In this document: piece after piece, positions 18,315 through 28,079 of the stretch | Layout: every line of letters begins with the position of its first letter | Numbering within the stretch: the first letter of the stretch is position 1 | DNA from: an uncultured Chloroflexia bacterium | GTDB taxonomy: Bacteria > Chloroflexota > Limnocylindria > Limnocylindrales > CSP1-4 | DNA: 64,000 bases | Direction of reading: 5' to 3' | NCBI GenBank assembly: GCA_963735865.1 | Contig: CAVTML010000002.1 | Coordinates: 1,714,917-1,778,916 of the forward strand | Position numbers and translations under genes: made by a program | Notes under the pieces: model-generated | The model's database searches: none | Told to the model about the DNA's origin: nothing | Seen by the model: only the letters and a program-made list of their open reading frames with translations

Positions 18315-18957
18315 CGCCGCGGGCCGCGGCGCGGTGGCACACGACGGCGATGAGCGCCCCAAGGAACGGCGCCGTGAGGTAGATCCAGAGGCTCCGCAGG
18401 TCGCCTGCCACGAGCGCCGGTCCGAGTGACCGGGCGGGGTTCATGGAGGCGCCGCTGATCGGCCCGCCGACGATTGCCCCAAGGGCGACGGTCGCGCCGA
18501 TCGCCAGCCCCGTCGACTGCCCGATCAACCGAGGTCCCGTCGCGACGGCGAGGATGACCAGGACGAGCAGGAAGGTCAGGACGACCTCCCACGTGAAGGC
18601 CTGCCACGCGTCTCCGGCGGGGCCGGTCACGCCCAGGGGCACGCCGGTGCCGAGCGACACCCGCAGCAGCAATGCGGCGCCGACCGCCCCGGCCCCCTGG
18701 GCGAGCCAGTACGGCACGACCAGCGCGAGCGGGAGCTGGCGCGACAGGGCGAACGCGGCGGTCACGGCCGGATTGAAGTGCGCGCCGGAGGTTGGTCCGA
18801 ACGCCTCCACGATGACGAATATGGCGAGGCCGAAGGCGGCTGCGACGCCGATGACGCCGACGTCCCCGAGGGCGATCGCGCCGCAGCCGGCGAAGACCAG
18901 CGTGAAGGTGCCGATCGCCTCCGCGATGAGGGCCCGCCCGAGCGAGTCTTCCCTCAC
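18286..18957 (-). CDS. MIP-family channel (aquaporin/aquaglyceroporin)
   Basis: ORF 18286..18957 (-). Both NPA boxes are present (GAHFNPAVTAAF and GASMNPARSLGP), with six hydrophobic segments. The start overlaps the stop of the MerR-ArsC gene by 4 nt. Confidence 0.85.
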   Translation of the reverse strand: MREDSLGRALIAEAIGTFTLVFAGCGAIALGDVGVIGVAAAFGLAIFVIVEAFGPTSGAHFNPAVTAAFALSRQLPLALVVPYWLAQGAGAVGAALLLRVSLGTGVPLGVTGPAGDAWQAFTWEVVLTFLLVLVILAVATGPRLIGQSTGLAIGATVALGAIVGGPISGASMNPARSLGPALVAGDLRSLWIYLTAPFLGALIAVVCHRAAARGVTPGVPSRP

Positions 18958-19790
18958 CCAGCGATGGCGGGTCGAGGTGCCACGCCGCGGGCACGAAGGG
19001 CCAGTTCGATGAAGGGATGCAGCCGCATCATGACCTCCATGCGCGTCCGCTCGAAGGCGGCCAGCTTCTCGGCGTCACTGCCCTCGACCTCGGCCGGGTC
19101 CTCCAGGCCCCAGTGCAGGCTGTTGTACGAGCCGGGGAACACCGGGCAGGACTGGCGGGCGCGGTCGCAGACGGTGATGACGTAGTCGAACGGCTGGCCC
19201 AGGAACGCCTCGACCGACTCGCTGCGGGCGGCCGACCAGTCGATCCCCACCTCAGCCAGGGCGCGCACGGTGTAGGGACTGACGCCGCGCGGCTGGGTGC
19301 CCGCGCTGTGGACCTCGAAGGCAGGTCCGCCATGCTGCTGCAGGAGGGCCTCGGCGAGCTGGCTTCGGGCCGAGTTGCCGGTGCACACGAAGAGCACCCG
19401 GATGGGGGCATCGGACACGGTGGATCCTCCCTGCGTCGCCCGGCCGGCGGCGTCGATGGTCGCTTCCAGGTCGTCGAGCTCGCTCGCGAGTCGAGCCAGG
19501 TCGCCCCGCTGGCGTTCGATGGCCACCCGCTGCCCGGCGATCAGTGGCTGCAGGTCCAGGTCCACCTCGCCGCGAGCGAGGCACAGGGCGGCCAGGCGGC
19601 CGGCCTCCACCGGGGCCAGGCCCAGCCGGCGCAGCGTGATGACGATGCGCAACCGCGCGACGTCTGTTTCGTCGTACTCGCGATAGCCGTTGCCGGCGCG
19701 ACGGGCCTGCGGCAACGCGCCGGCGGACTCGTAGAAGCGGACGGCGGATGGGGCGATCCCCACGCGGCGCGCGACGTCGGTAACCCTCAT
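18954..19790 (-). CDS. fusion protein: MerR-family HTH regulator + LMW-PTP-type (thioredoxin-coupled) arsenate reductase
   Basis: ORF 18954..19811 (-); ATG 19790 is the likely start. The N-terminus has a MerR HTH (MRVTDVARRVGIAPSAVRFYESAGALPQARRAGNGYREYDETDVARLRIV) and a coiled-coil. The C-terminus is ArsC-like: a CX5R P-loop (VLFVCTGNSARS) and a CDRARQSC cysteine pair. Confidence 0.8.
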   Translation of the reverse strand: MRVTDVARRVGIAPSAVRFYESAGALPQARRAGNGYREYDETDVARLRIVITLRRLGLAPVEAGRLAALCLARGEVDLDLQPLIAGQRVAIERQRGDLARLASELDDLEATIDAAGRATQGGSTVSDAPIRVLFVCTGNSARSQLAEALLQQHGGPAFEVHSAGTQPRGVSPYTVRALAEVGIDWSAARSESVEAFLGQPFDYVITVCDRARQSCPVFPGSYNSLHWGLEDPAEVEGSDAEKLAAFERTRMEVMMRLHPFIELALRARGVAPRPAIAG

Positions 19791-19803
19791 GTCGTCACCG
19801 TAC

Positions 19804-19824
19804 ACCTTCAAGTGACTTGAAGGT
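19804..19824. promoter_or_regulatory. perfect 9-3-9 inverted repeat ACCTTCAAG-tga-CTTGAAGGT, candidate MerR-type operator
   Basis: Read directly at 19804..19824, which is 14-34 nt upstream of ATG 19790 of the MerR-ArsC gene. Confidence 0.55.
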
Positions 19825-19835
19825 CAAGGGGCGAC

Positions 19836-21113
19836 TCAGGACAGGGCCACGAACCCCGCGACATCGGGTCGTCTTGCGAGCAAGGCGACGCTCGTGGCCG
19901 GCCCCGGTCGGGCATAGAGGAAGCCCTGCCCGAGGGTGACGCCGAGGTCGCGCAGCGCCTCCTGCTCCTCCGCGCGCTCGATGCCCTCGGCGATGACCGT
20001 GCCCCCGTTCTGCAGCGTGACGTACGCCAGGCCGGCGACGACCGCCTGGCGGACAGGGTCGCGCTCGATGGCGTGGACGACGCCCATGTCGACCTTCACG
20101 AAGTCCGGCCGCAGCCCGACGACGTGCCGCAGGTTCGCCGCTCCGGAGGACGCGTCGTCGATGGCGACGCGGACCCCGTGGCCAAGGGACGCCACCGCCC
20201 GGCGGAGTGCCCGCCGGTCGTCCACGGGCGCGTGGGCCGAGATCTCCAGCACGACCCTGTGGGGCGAGCGCGCCAGCAACCGGCGCAGCCGGGAGCCGGC
20301 CTGGATCACCGCCGGGGAGACATTCAGGCTGAGCCAGGGTCCGGCGGGGAGCCCCCGCGAGGCCTCGATGGCCACGTCCAGGCAGGCCAGTTCGAGTTCC
20401 ACCCCGCGGCCCACCGCCGCGGCATCGGCGAAGCGGCGGTCGGGGCGGACGCCGTCGTCGAAGCGCGTCAGCGCCTCGTGGCCGACGGCCAGGCCGGTAT
20501 CCAGGGCCACGATGGGCTGGAAGACGGACCGGAAGGCTCGCGTGGCTACCAGGGCGGAGATCTCCGCATCGACGAGCGCGTGGTCCCGGCGTCCGGCCAA
20601 CTCCTCAGCGAGCACCGAGGCACTGACCGCGGCGAACGCCTCGAACGCCGGGAGGCGTTCCGCCAGCCAGCGGACCTGGTCACCGGCTGCCTCGAGCAGC
20701 AGCGTCCCGGTGGTCCGCGCCCCGATCCGGAGCGGGACGACGGCCATGGTGCTCGGCTCGGCACCGCTCGTGCGCGGCGTCGTGGAGCCCGGGGCCAGAT
20801 CCCACGGCCCGACCCACGGTCCAGCCTCGATGCGAGGACGAAGGCGGGCCTCGAGTGGCTCCGCCAGGGGCCGGTTCACGGCGATCGCCGGGTCGGATGC
20901 ATCGCTGCCGCCAAGGGCGACGAGGTGGCCGGCGGCATCCACGCCGAGCACGATCGCCCGGTCGATGCCGGCCAGGCCGGCGAGTTCGCGGCAGATGCGC
21001 CCCGCGGGGTCCTCCGCCTGTCCGGCGGCGGCGAGGCGGCCCAGGACGGACGTCTGCTCGTCCCACGCCACCGCCCGGGGGTCTGCTCCGGCCGGCATCG
21101 TGGGTCCTCGCAT
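19836..21113 (-). CDS. EAL-domain protein with N-terminal GAF-like sensor region (no GGDEF domain)
   Basis: ATG 21113 (or 21098) is in frame with ORF 19836..21725 (-). EAL domain motifs: FQPIVALDTGLAVGHEALTRF, LSLNVSP, VLEISAH, AIDDASSG, VKVDM, IAEGIE, GQGF. Confidence 0.8.
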   Translation of the reverse strand: MRGPTMPAGADPRAVAWDEQTSVLGRLAAAGQAEDPAGRICRELAGLAGIDRAIVLGVDAAGHLVALGGSDASDPAIAVNRPLAEPLEARLRPRIEAGPWVGPWDLAPGSTTPRTSGAEPSTMAVVPLRIGARTTGTLLLEAAGDQVRWLAERLPAFEAFAAVSASVLAEELAGRRDHALVDAEISALVATRAFRSVFQPIVALDTGLAVGHEALTRFDDGVRPDRRFADAAAVGRGVELELACLDVAIEASRGLPAGPWLSLNVSPAVIQAGSRLRRLLARSPHRVVLEISAHAPVDDRRALRRAVASLGHGVRVAIDDASSGAANLRHVVGLRPDFVKVDMGVVHAIERDPVRQAVVAGLAYVTLQNGGTVIAEGIERAEEQEALRDLGVTLGQGFLYARPGPATSVALLARRPDVAGFVALS

Positions 21114-21290
21114 GAGCGAGACCGTACGTCGCGGCGCCGATCCGCGGCGCGACCCGAAGGTCACCTCCGCACCGCGTGGTGGTACTCCCGCCAGCGGTCG
21201 GCCCCCGTGGCCGCTCTCGCCATGTGATCCCGCGCCGCCCGCGCCGTAACATCCGCCGGGGGCGAGCAGGTCCGGCCTTGGAGGATCGAC

Positions 21291-21707
21291 GTGCAGAGCT
21301 ATCGAACCGCGGCCACGCGCTTGCGGCACCCGGTCAACGTGGAACTGGTGGCGAACGCGCCATTGGGTGTTCGCGTGGCGAACGCCACGACGGGCTTCAT
21401 GGGTTCGTGGAAGTTCATCATCCTCCAGACGATCGTGGTGAGCATCTGGGTGGTCGGCAACATCTACCTGCTCTTCCACTTCGACCCGTACCCCTTCATC
21501 TTCCTGAACCTCGCCTTCAGCACACAAGCGGCCTACGCCGCGCCGCTCATCCTGCTGGCCAGCAACCAGAGCGCCGTGCGCGACCGCGCGACCCTGGAGC
21601 ACGCCGCAGCCGAGGCCGAAGACGCGGACAAGAAGGACGACGACCTGCGCCAGCGCCTCGACCGGATCGAGGTGCTCCTCAAGCAGCTGACGGCTGCCAA
21701 GGTCTGA
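21291..21707 (+). CDS. DUF1003 family membrane protein
   Basis: ORF 21291..21707; GTG start preceded by GGAGGA. Motifs: GSWKFIILQTIVVSIWVVGN...DPYPFIFLNLAFSTQAAYAAPLILLASNQSAVRDR. Confidence 0.7.
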   Translation: MQSYRTAATRLRHPVNVELVANAPLGVRVANATTGFMGSWKFIILQTIVVSIWVVGNIYLLFHFDPYPFIFLNLAFSTQAAYAAPLILLASNQSAVRDRATLEHAAAEAEDADKKDDDLRQRLDRIEVLLKQLTAAKV

Positions 21708-21727
21708 AGAACCGACCGACCGCACCC

Positions 21728-22888
21728 ATGTTCGCCGCCACCGAGCCCGCGACGCTCCTCATCGCCGACATCTCGGGCTATACGAGCTACCTCGCCGCGG
21801 TCGAGCTGGAGCACGCCCAGGACATCCTCGCCGACCTCGTCGACGCGGTCGTCACCAGCCTCCGGCCGGGCTTCAAGTTGGCCAAGCTCGAGGGCGACGC
21901 AGCCTTCATGTCGATGTCCGGCGCGGCGGTGGACGGCTCGGCGCTTCTGGACGCGGTCGAGCGGTGCTAGTTCGCCTTCCGGCGGCGGCTGCGGGACATC
22001 AGGCAGGCCACGAGCTGCGCCTGCAACGCCTGCATCCGCGTCCCCACCTTGGGCCTGAAGTTCGTGGTCCACCACGGCCAGGTCGCCCACCAGTCGATGG
22101 CCGGCATGACCGAACTGGTCGGGAGCGACGTCATCGTCGTGCACCGCCTGCTGAAGAACCACGTCGTGGAGGAGCTGGGTACGATCGCCTACGCGCTGTA
22201 CACGGACGCATGCCTGCACGTGGGCGGCCTGACCGACCCGGCCGGCTTGGGCATGCGTCCCTACCGCGAGACGCTCGAGGGCGTCGGTGAGGTCCGCGGT
22301 TGGGTGAGCGATGTGGCAGCGGCGTGGACGGCCGCAGAGGGCCGTTCGCGGCTGTGCATCACCGCGGACGAGGCGATGGCCGTCGTCGAGCGGCTCATCC
22401 CAGCCGGACCGGAGCTGGTCTGGGATTTCATGACCTCACCGGCCCTGCGGCCGTCGTGGCAGCCGCAGGTCACGGCCGTCGTGGAGGAGCCCGCGGCCGG
22501 ACGGCGTGGCGTGGGGACCGTCAACCACTGCATGCATGGCAAGGATGCGATGGTCGAGGAGATCCTGGACTGGCGGCCCACCGCCTACCTGACGACCCGC
22601 TCGAAGATGCCGGTGGCCGGCGTGCCGAAGATCACCATGACGATCGCGCTTGACGCGGCCGACGGCGGCACCCGCGTCCAGTTCCGCGTCGCCCGGCCAC
22701 GGTCCGCCAGGGACCGCGCGATCCTGACCGCGATCGGCGGCGAGTTCGCGCGACAGGTCAACGCCTCGCTGGACGCCCTGGTGCCGCTCGCTCGGGAGGC
22801 GGCGGCCCGGCAGGCAGCTGATGCGCCCGCGGAGCCGGCCGTGCCCGCCTCCCGCGGCCGCTTCCTGGACGGGCCGGTCACCGCCTGA
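21728..22888 (+). pseudogene. DUF2652 (cyclase-fold-like) + SRPBCC fusion gene interrupted by one in-frame TAG (21968..21970)
   Basis: The N-terminal piece is the tail of ORF 21176..21970 (MFAATEPATLLIADISGYTSYLAAVELEHAQDIL...KLEGDAAFM...AVERC*). The C-terminal piece is ORF 22049..22888. Both are in the same reading frame. The codons between them (FAFRRRLRDIRQATSCACNACIRVPTLGLKFVVHHG) continue the family pattern. Confidence 0.75.
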
Positions 22889-23034
22889 TCGCAGGCGCAG
22901 CGCCGGGCATCCGGCAGGCGTCCTCAGACGTTCCTCAGGATGTAGCCTGAAACTACGGCGGCCGGCGCTCGCAGGGTCCCGTCGCCCTGCCCCGTGAACC
23001 GACCGGCCCGGTCGATGGAGACCTGATCCCCTCG

Positions 23035-24033
23035 ATGGCCGACTTCCCCCCGCCGCCCTGGGCACCGCCTCCTCCGGCAGGCCCACCACCACCGCTCTTC
23101 CCGCTCGAGCCCAGGCAGCGAACGTGGGTGGATCGGCTGAGCGGGGCGGCCGAGCGTCTCAAGGTCGGCCTGACCGCCGCCTGGACCCGTGCTGCGACCC
23201 GCCTCCGGGTCGCAGCTGAGCGCTGGCGCGTCCGGATCCTGGCCGCGTGGCGCCGCCTGCGCCGTGCAGCTACTTTCGCGTTCGGCGTGGCCGCGGCCTT
23301 CCTCGCGATCCTGCTCTACAACACGCTGCAGCCGCCGCCGGCACCTCTGACGTCGAGCGACGTGGACCAGGCGATCGCCAGCGCCCTCGCCTCGCAGACG
23401 CCCGGGCCCGCCCTGTCGGAGGCCGCCTACGCGGCCATCCGGCCCTCGCTCGTCCTGATCCGGACCCAGGCGCCGGCCCCGTCCGCGGGGACGGTCGGGT
23501 CGGCGATCGGCAGCGGCGTGATCGTGGACACGGCCGGCGACATACTTACCAGCCTGCATGTGGTGGCCGACGCCACCGCCATCCAGGTCACGTTCGCCGA
23601 CGGCACGACCTCGCTGGCCCAGATCGCGACGCGGGTCCCAGCGCAGGACATCGCGGTCCTACAGGCCGATCAACCACCCGCGACCCTGACCCCGGCCACG
23701 CTCGGCAACCCCAACACCGTGCGGGTAGGGAGCGACGCCTATGTCGTGGGCAACCCCTTCGGCCTGACCGGCTCGCTCAGCGCGGGGGTCGTCTCGGCCC
23801 TGGGCCGGGACTTCCAGGAGCCGGATGGCGGGCCGCTGCTGCACGGCCTGATCCAGGTCGACGCGGCGATCAACCCCGGCAACTCCGGCGGTCCCCTGGT
23901 GGACCGCGACGGCAGGGTCATCGGCATCGTCACCGGGCTCGTCAACCCGACCCCCGAGGACGTCTTCATCGGCATCGGCTTCGCCGTCCCCATCGATGTG
24001 GCGGGCGGCGCGGCCGGAGCCCCCCAGGACTAG
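23035..24033 (+). CDS. trypsin-like serine protease (S1C/HtrA-like, no PDZ seen) with N-terminal Pro-rich region and TM helix
   Basis: ORF 23035..24033. Motifs: GSGVIVDTAGDILTSLHVV, QDIAVLQAD, GNPFGL, QVDAAINPGNSGGPLVDRDGRVIGI. Confidence 0.8.
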   Translation: MADFPPPPWAPPPPAGPPPPLFPLEPRQRTWVDRLSGAAERLKVGLTAAWTRAATRLRVAAERWRVRILAAWRRLRRAATFAFGVAAAFLAILLYNTLQPPPAPLTSSDVDQAIASALASQTPGPALSEAAYAAIRPSLVLIRTQAPAPSAGTVGSAIGSGVIVDTAGDILTSLHVVADATAIQVTFADGTTSLAQIATRVPAQDIAVLQADQPPATLTPATLGNPNTVRVGSDAYVVGNPFGLTGSLSAGVVSALGRDFQEPDGGPLLHGLIQVDAAINPGNSGGPLVDRDGRVIGIVTGLVNPTPEDVFIGIGFAVPIDVAGGAAGAPQD

Positions 24034-24055
24034 GTGGAGCGGAGGCAGGCCATCC

Positions 24056-25081
<1,026 letters not shown>

Positions 25082-25172
25082 GCGCGTCCTTCAGCGCCTT
25101 GACTGGCAGGTCGTCCGCCGGCTGGACGGCCTCCTGCAGGGTGACTACCGCAGCCTGTTCCACGGCAATGGC

Positions 25173-25955
25173 GTGGACCTCGTCGGGCTGCGCGAGTACC
25201 AGGCGGGGGACGACGTGCGCTACATCGACTGGAACGTCACGGCGCGCATGGACGTGCCCTACGTGCGCCGGTACGCGGAGGACCGCGACCTGACGGCCTG
25301 GTTCCTGCTGGACCTGAGCCCCTCGGTCGACTTCGGGACGCTCGACTCCGCCCGCGTCAAGCGGACCGTGCTGATCGACTTCGTGACGACCCTGGCCCGC
25401 CTGCTCACCCGCCGGGGCAACCGCGTCGGTGCGATCCTCTTCGACACGACCAGCCAGCGCACGATCCCCGCCGGCAGTGGGCGCCTGCAGGTGCTCCGCC
25501 TGGTCCACGAGCTGATGCGCGAGCCGGTCCCCGCCTCTGGGCCGATGACCGATCTCTCGCCGCTCCTGGAGTCCGCCGGGCAGGCCTTCAAGCGACGCTC
25601 GCTGGTCTTCCTGATCTCCGACTTCATCTGCCAGCCGGGCTGGGAACGTCCACTCGACAGCCTGAGCCGCCGCCACGAGGTGGTGGCCGTCCGCCTCCTG
25701 GATCCGCGCGAGGTGCGCCTGCCGGACATGGGGCCGCTGATCATGGAGGACGCCGAGACCGGCGAGCAGCTCTACGTGGACACCCACGACCGGGGCTTCC
25801 GCCGGCGGTTCGAGGCCGCCGCGGCGAGCCGCGAGCAGGCCACGCAGCAGGCCTTCAGGCGGGCCGGTGTGGACGCCCTGGCGCTGTCGACCGATGACGA
25901 CCTCGTGCGGGCCATCGTGCGCATGGCCACCCTGCGCCGCCGGCGCCGGCGATAG
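25173..25955 (+). CDS. DUF58 domain protein (MoxR partner); true start probably upstream of the first canonical start
   Basis: ORF 25173..25955. Motifs: REYQAGDDVRYIDWNVTAR...LLDLSPS. The same frame is open from 25020 and encodes family-like residues (PTPERVLQRLDWQVVRRLDGLLQGDYRSLFHGNG), but it has no ATG/GTG/TTG before 25173. Confidence 0.8.
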   Translation: MDLVGLREYQAGDDVRYIDWNVTARMDVPYVRRYAEDRDLTAWFLLDLSPSVDFGTLDSARVKRTVLIDFVTTLARLLTRRGNRVGAILFDTTSQRTIPAGSGRLQVLRLVHELMREPVPASGPMTDLSPLLESAGQAFKRRSLVFLISDFICQPGWERPLDSLSRRHEVVAVRLLDPREVRLPDMGPLIMEDAETGEQLYVDTHDRGFRRRFEAAAASREQATQQAFRRAGVDALALSTDDDLVRAIVRMATLRRRRRR

Positions 25956-25958
25956 GCC

Positions 25959-26957
25959 GTGTCGTTCCTCTGGCCGCAGGCGCTGCTCGTGCTGGTCCTG
26001 GTGCCGGTGGGCCTTGGCGTCCTCCGGGCGCTGGACCGCCGCCGGCGACGGGCGGCCGAGGCGGGCCTGGCGCTGCCCGCCGTGCGGCGCCCGCAGCGCG
26101 TCCGCGGTCGCCTGCCCGGGCTGCTGATGCTTGTGGGCTTCGTCGCGCTCGCGGTCGCGCTGGCCCGGCCGCAGGCGACGGTGGCCGTGCCGGTGGAGCA
26201 GGGCACGGTGGTGCTGGCCTTCGACATCTCGGCCAGCATGGCCGCCAAGGACCTCACGCCGACCCGCATGGCGGCGGCCAAAGCGGCGGCCAAGGCCTTC
26301 GTCCAGGCGCAACCGGAGAACGTGGCCATCGGCGTGGTCGCCTTCAGCGATGCCGGCATCACCACGCAGGCGCCGACCAAGGACCAGGCGACCGTGCTCG
26401 CCGCGATCGACCGGCTGGCCCCCCAGAAGGGGACCTCGCTGGGCCTCGGCATCGCCGCCGCCCTGAAGGCCGTCAGCGTCGCCGAGAAGCCGCCGGCCAT
26501 CGACTACTACAGCAGCGCGTCCCCCGCGCCGACCGCCTCCCCTACCCCGGTGCCGCCCGGCAGCGACACCGCCGCGCTCATCGTCCTGCTGACCGACGGC
26601 GAGAACAACGAGCAGCCCGATCCGCAGACGGCCGCCAGGACGGCCGCCGACCGCGGCGTGCGCATCGACACGGTCGGCATCGGGACCACGGCGGGAGCGG
26701 ACATCGAACTCAACGGCTTCACCGAGCACACCGCCCTGGATGAGGCGACCCTGCAGCAGGTGGCCCAGGTGACCGGCGGGACGTACTTCACCGCCGCGGA
26801 CGCCGGCCGTCTGACCTCCCTCTACGCCGGCCTGCATCCCGCGGTGGCCATCCAGCCCCAGCCCCTCGAGGTCACCGCTCTCGTCGCCGGCCTGGGCCTG
26901 CTGTGCCTGATGGTCGGCGGCGCCGCGTCGCTCGTCTGGCTGGGGCGGCTGCCCTGA
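25959..26957 (+). CDS. VWA-domain membrane protein (BatA-like)
   Basis: ORF 25959..26957. It has N-terminal TM helices, a MIDAS motif (VLAFDISASM) followed by GTSLGLGI and LLTDGENN, and a C-terminal TM helix. Confidence 0.8.
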   Translation: MSFLWPQALLVLVLVPVGLGVLRALDRRRRRAAEAGLALPAVRRPQRVRGRLPGLLMLVGFVALAVALARPQATVAVPVEQGTVVLAFDISASMAAKDLTPTRMAAAKAAAKAFVQAQPENVAIGVVAFSDAGITTQAPTKDQATVLAAIDRLAPQKGTSLGLGIAAALKAVSVAEKPPAIDYYSSASPAPTASPTPVPPGSDTAALIVLLTDGENNEQPDPQTAARTAADRGVRIDTVGIGTTAGADIELNGFTEHTALDEATLQQVAQVTGGTYFTAADAGRLTSLYAGLHPAVAIQPQPLEVTALVAGLGLLCLMVGGAASLVWLGRLP

Positions 26958-28027
26958 TGGATCTCCTCTGGGCGGGAGCGCTCGGCCTGCTGCTGCTCGT
27001 GCCGGCCCTGGCGGCCGTCTACGCCTGGGCCCTGCGACGTCGGCGGCCGGCGGCCGTACGGTACTCGAGCCTCTCCCTGGTACGCGAGGCGCTGCCGCGC
27101 ACCTCGCGCCTGCGGCGCCATCTCCCGTTCGCCATCTTCCTCGCCGCGGTCGCCTCCCTCGTGGTCGCCCTCGCGCGGCCGGCGGCCATCGTGGCCGTGC
27201 CCACCAACCAGACGACCGTGATGCTAACCATCGACGTGTCGGGCAGCATGTGTTCCACCGACGTGGCGCCCTATCGCCTTGGCGCGGCAGAGGCCGCCGC
27301 CGCCCGTTTCGTGGCCCAGCAGAGCGCCACCACGCAGATCGGGATCGTGGCCTTCAGCGGCTTCGCGGAGGTGGTCCAGGCGCCGACCAACGACCGCGCT
27401 CTGCTCGATACGGCGCTGCAGAGCCTCCTCACGGGGCGGCGGACCGCCATCGGCAGCGGCATCCTCACCTCGATCGATGCCATCGCCCAGATCGATCCGA
27501 GCGTCGCGCCGAGTCAGACCGACTCGAGCACCGCCCCGCCGCCGCAGCCGGTGGCGCCGGGGGCCTACGCGCCGGACATCATCGTCGTCCTGACCGACGG
27601 CGTGAGCAACACCGGGCCCGCGCCCGAGGATGCCGCGAAGCAGGCGGCCGACCGCGGCGTGCGCGTCTACACCATCGGCTTCGGCACGGCCGACGGCGGA
27701 CCGCTCGATCCCACCTGCGCCACGCAGTTCCTGGGCCGCGAGCCCGGCGCCGGTGGCTTCGGCGGCGGGTTCGGTGGGGGCGGTGGCGGGACCGGCTTCC
27801 GGCGGGGCATCGACGACCAGGCGCTCATGCAGGTCGCTTCGATCACCGGCGGCAAGTACTACCCGGCCGAGAGCGCCGAGCAGCTCGAGAGCGTCTTCGC
27901 CAGCCTGCCGACCTCCCTGATCACGAAGCACGAGGCGGTCGAGGTGACGGTGGGCTTCGTGATCGCCGGCACGGTCCTGGCGGCGCTTGCGGTGGTCCTC
28001 GGCAGAGCCTGGCGGCCCCTGCCCTAG
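26957..28027 (+). CDS. VWA-domain membrane protein (BatB-like)
   Basis: ATG 26957 is in frame with ORF 26903..28027 and overlaps the upstream stop by 1 nt. Motifs: MLTIDVSGSM, RTAIGSGI, VLTDGVSN. A C-terminal TM helix is present. Confidence 0.8.
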   Translation: MDLLWAGALGLLLLVPALAAVYAWALRRRRPAAVRYSSLSLVREALPRTSRLRRHLPFAIFLAAVASLVVALARPAAIVAVPTNQTTVMLTIDVSGSMCSTDVAPYRLGAAEAAAARFVAQQSATTQIGIVAFSGFAEVVQAPTNDRALLDTALQSLLTGRRTAIGSGILTSIDAIAQIDPSVAPSQTDSSTAPPPQPVAPGAYAPDIIVVLTDGVSNTGPAPEDAAKQAADRGVRVYTIGFGTADGGPLDPTCATQFLGREPGAGGFGGGFGGGGGGTGFRRGIDDQALMQVASITGGKYYPAESAEQLESVFASLPTSLITKHEAVEVTVGFVIAGTVLAALAVVLGRAWRPLP

Positions 28028-28079
28028 TCCTCGGGCCAGCCCGCGCGCCCCGTCTGGCGAGGCGCGCGCCGCACGTCGG

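Noticed and set aside
22889-23034. Riboswitch or structured leader upstream of the S1C protease, and in other 150-nt intergenic regions (34979..35123, 51606..51755, 55892..56037).
   Set aside because: I could not recognise conserved cores of any riboswitch class I know (TPP, SAM, cobalamin, ydaO, glycine, c-di-GMP GEMM). Only short generic hairpins are present. This would need a covariance-model search (Rfam/Infernal) to exclude properly.
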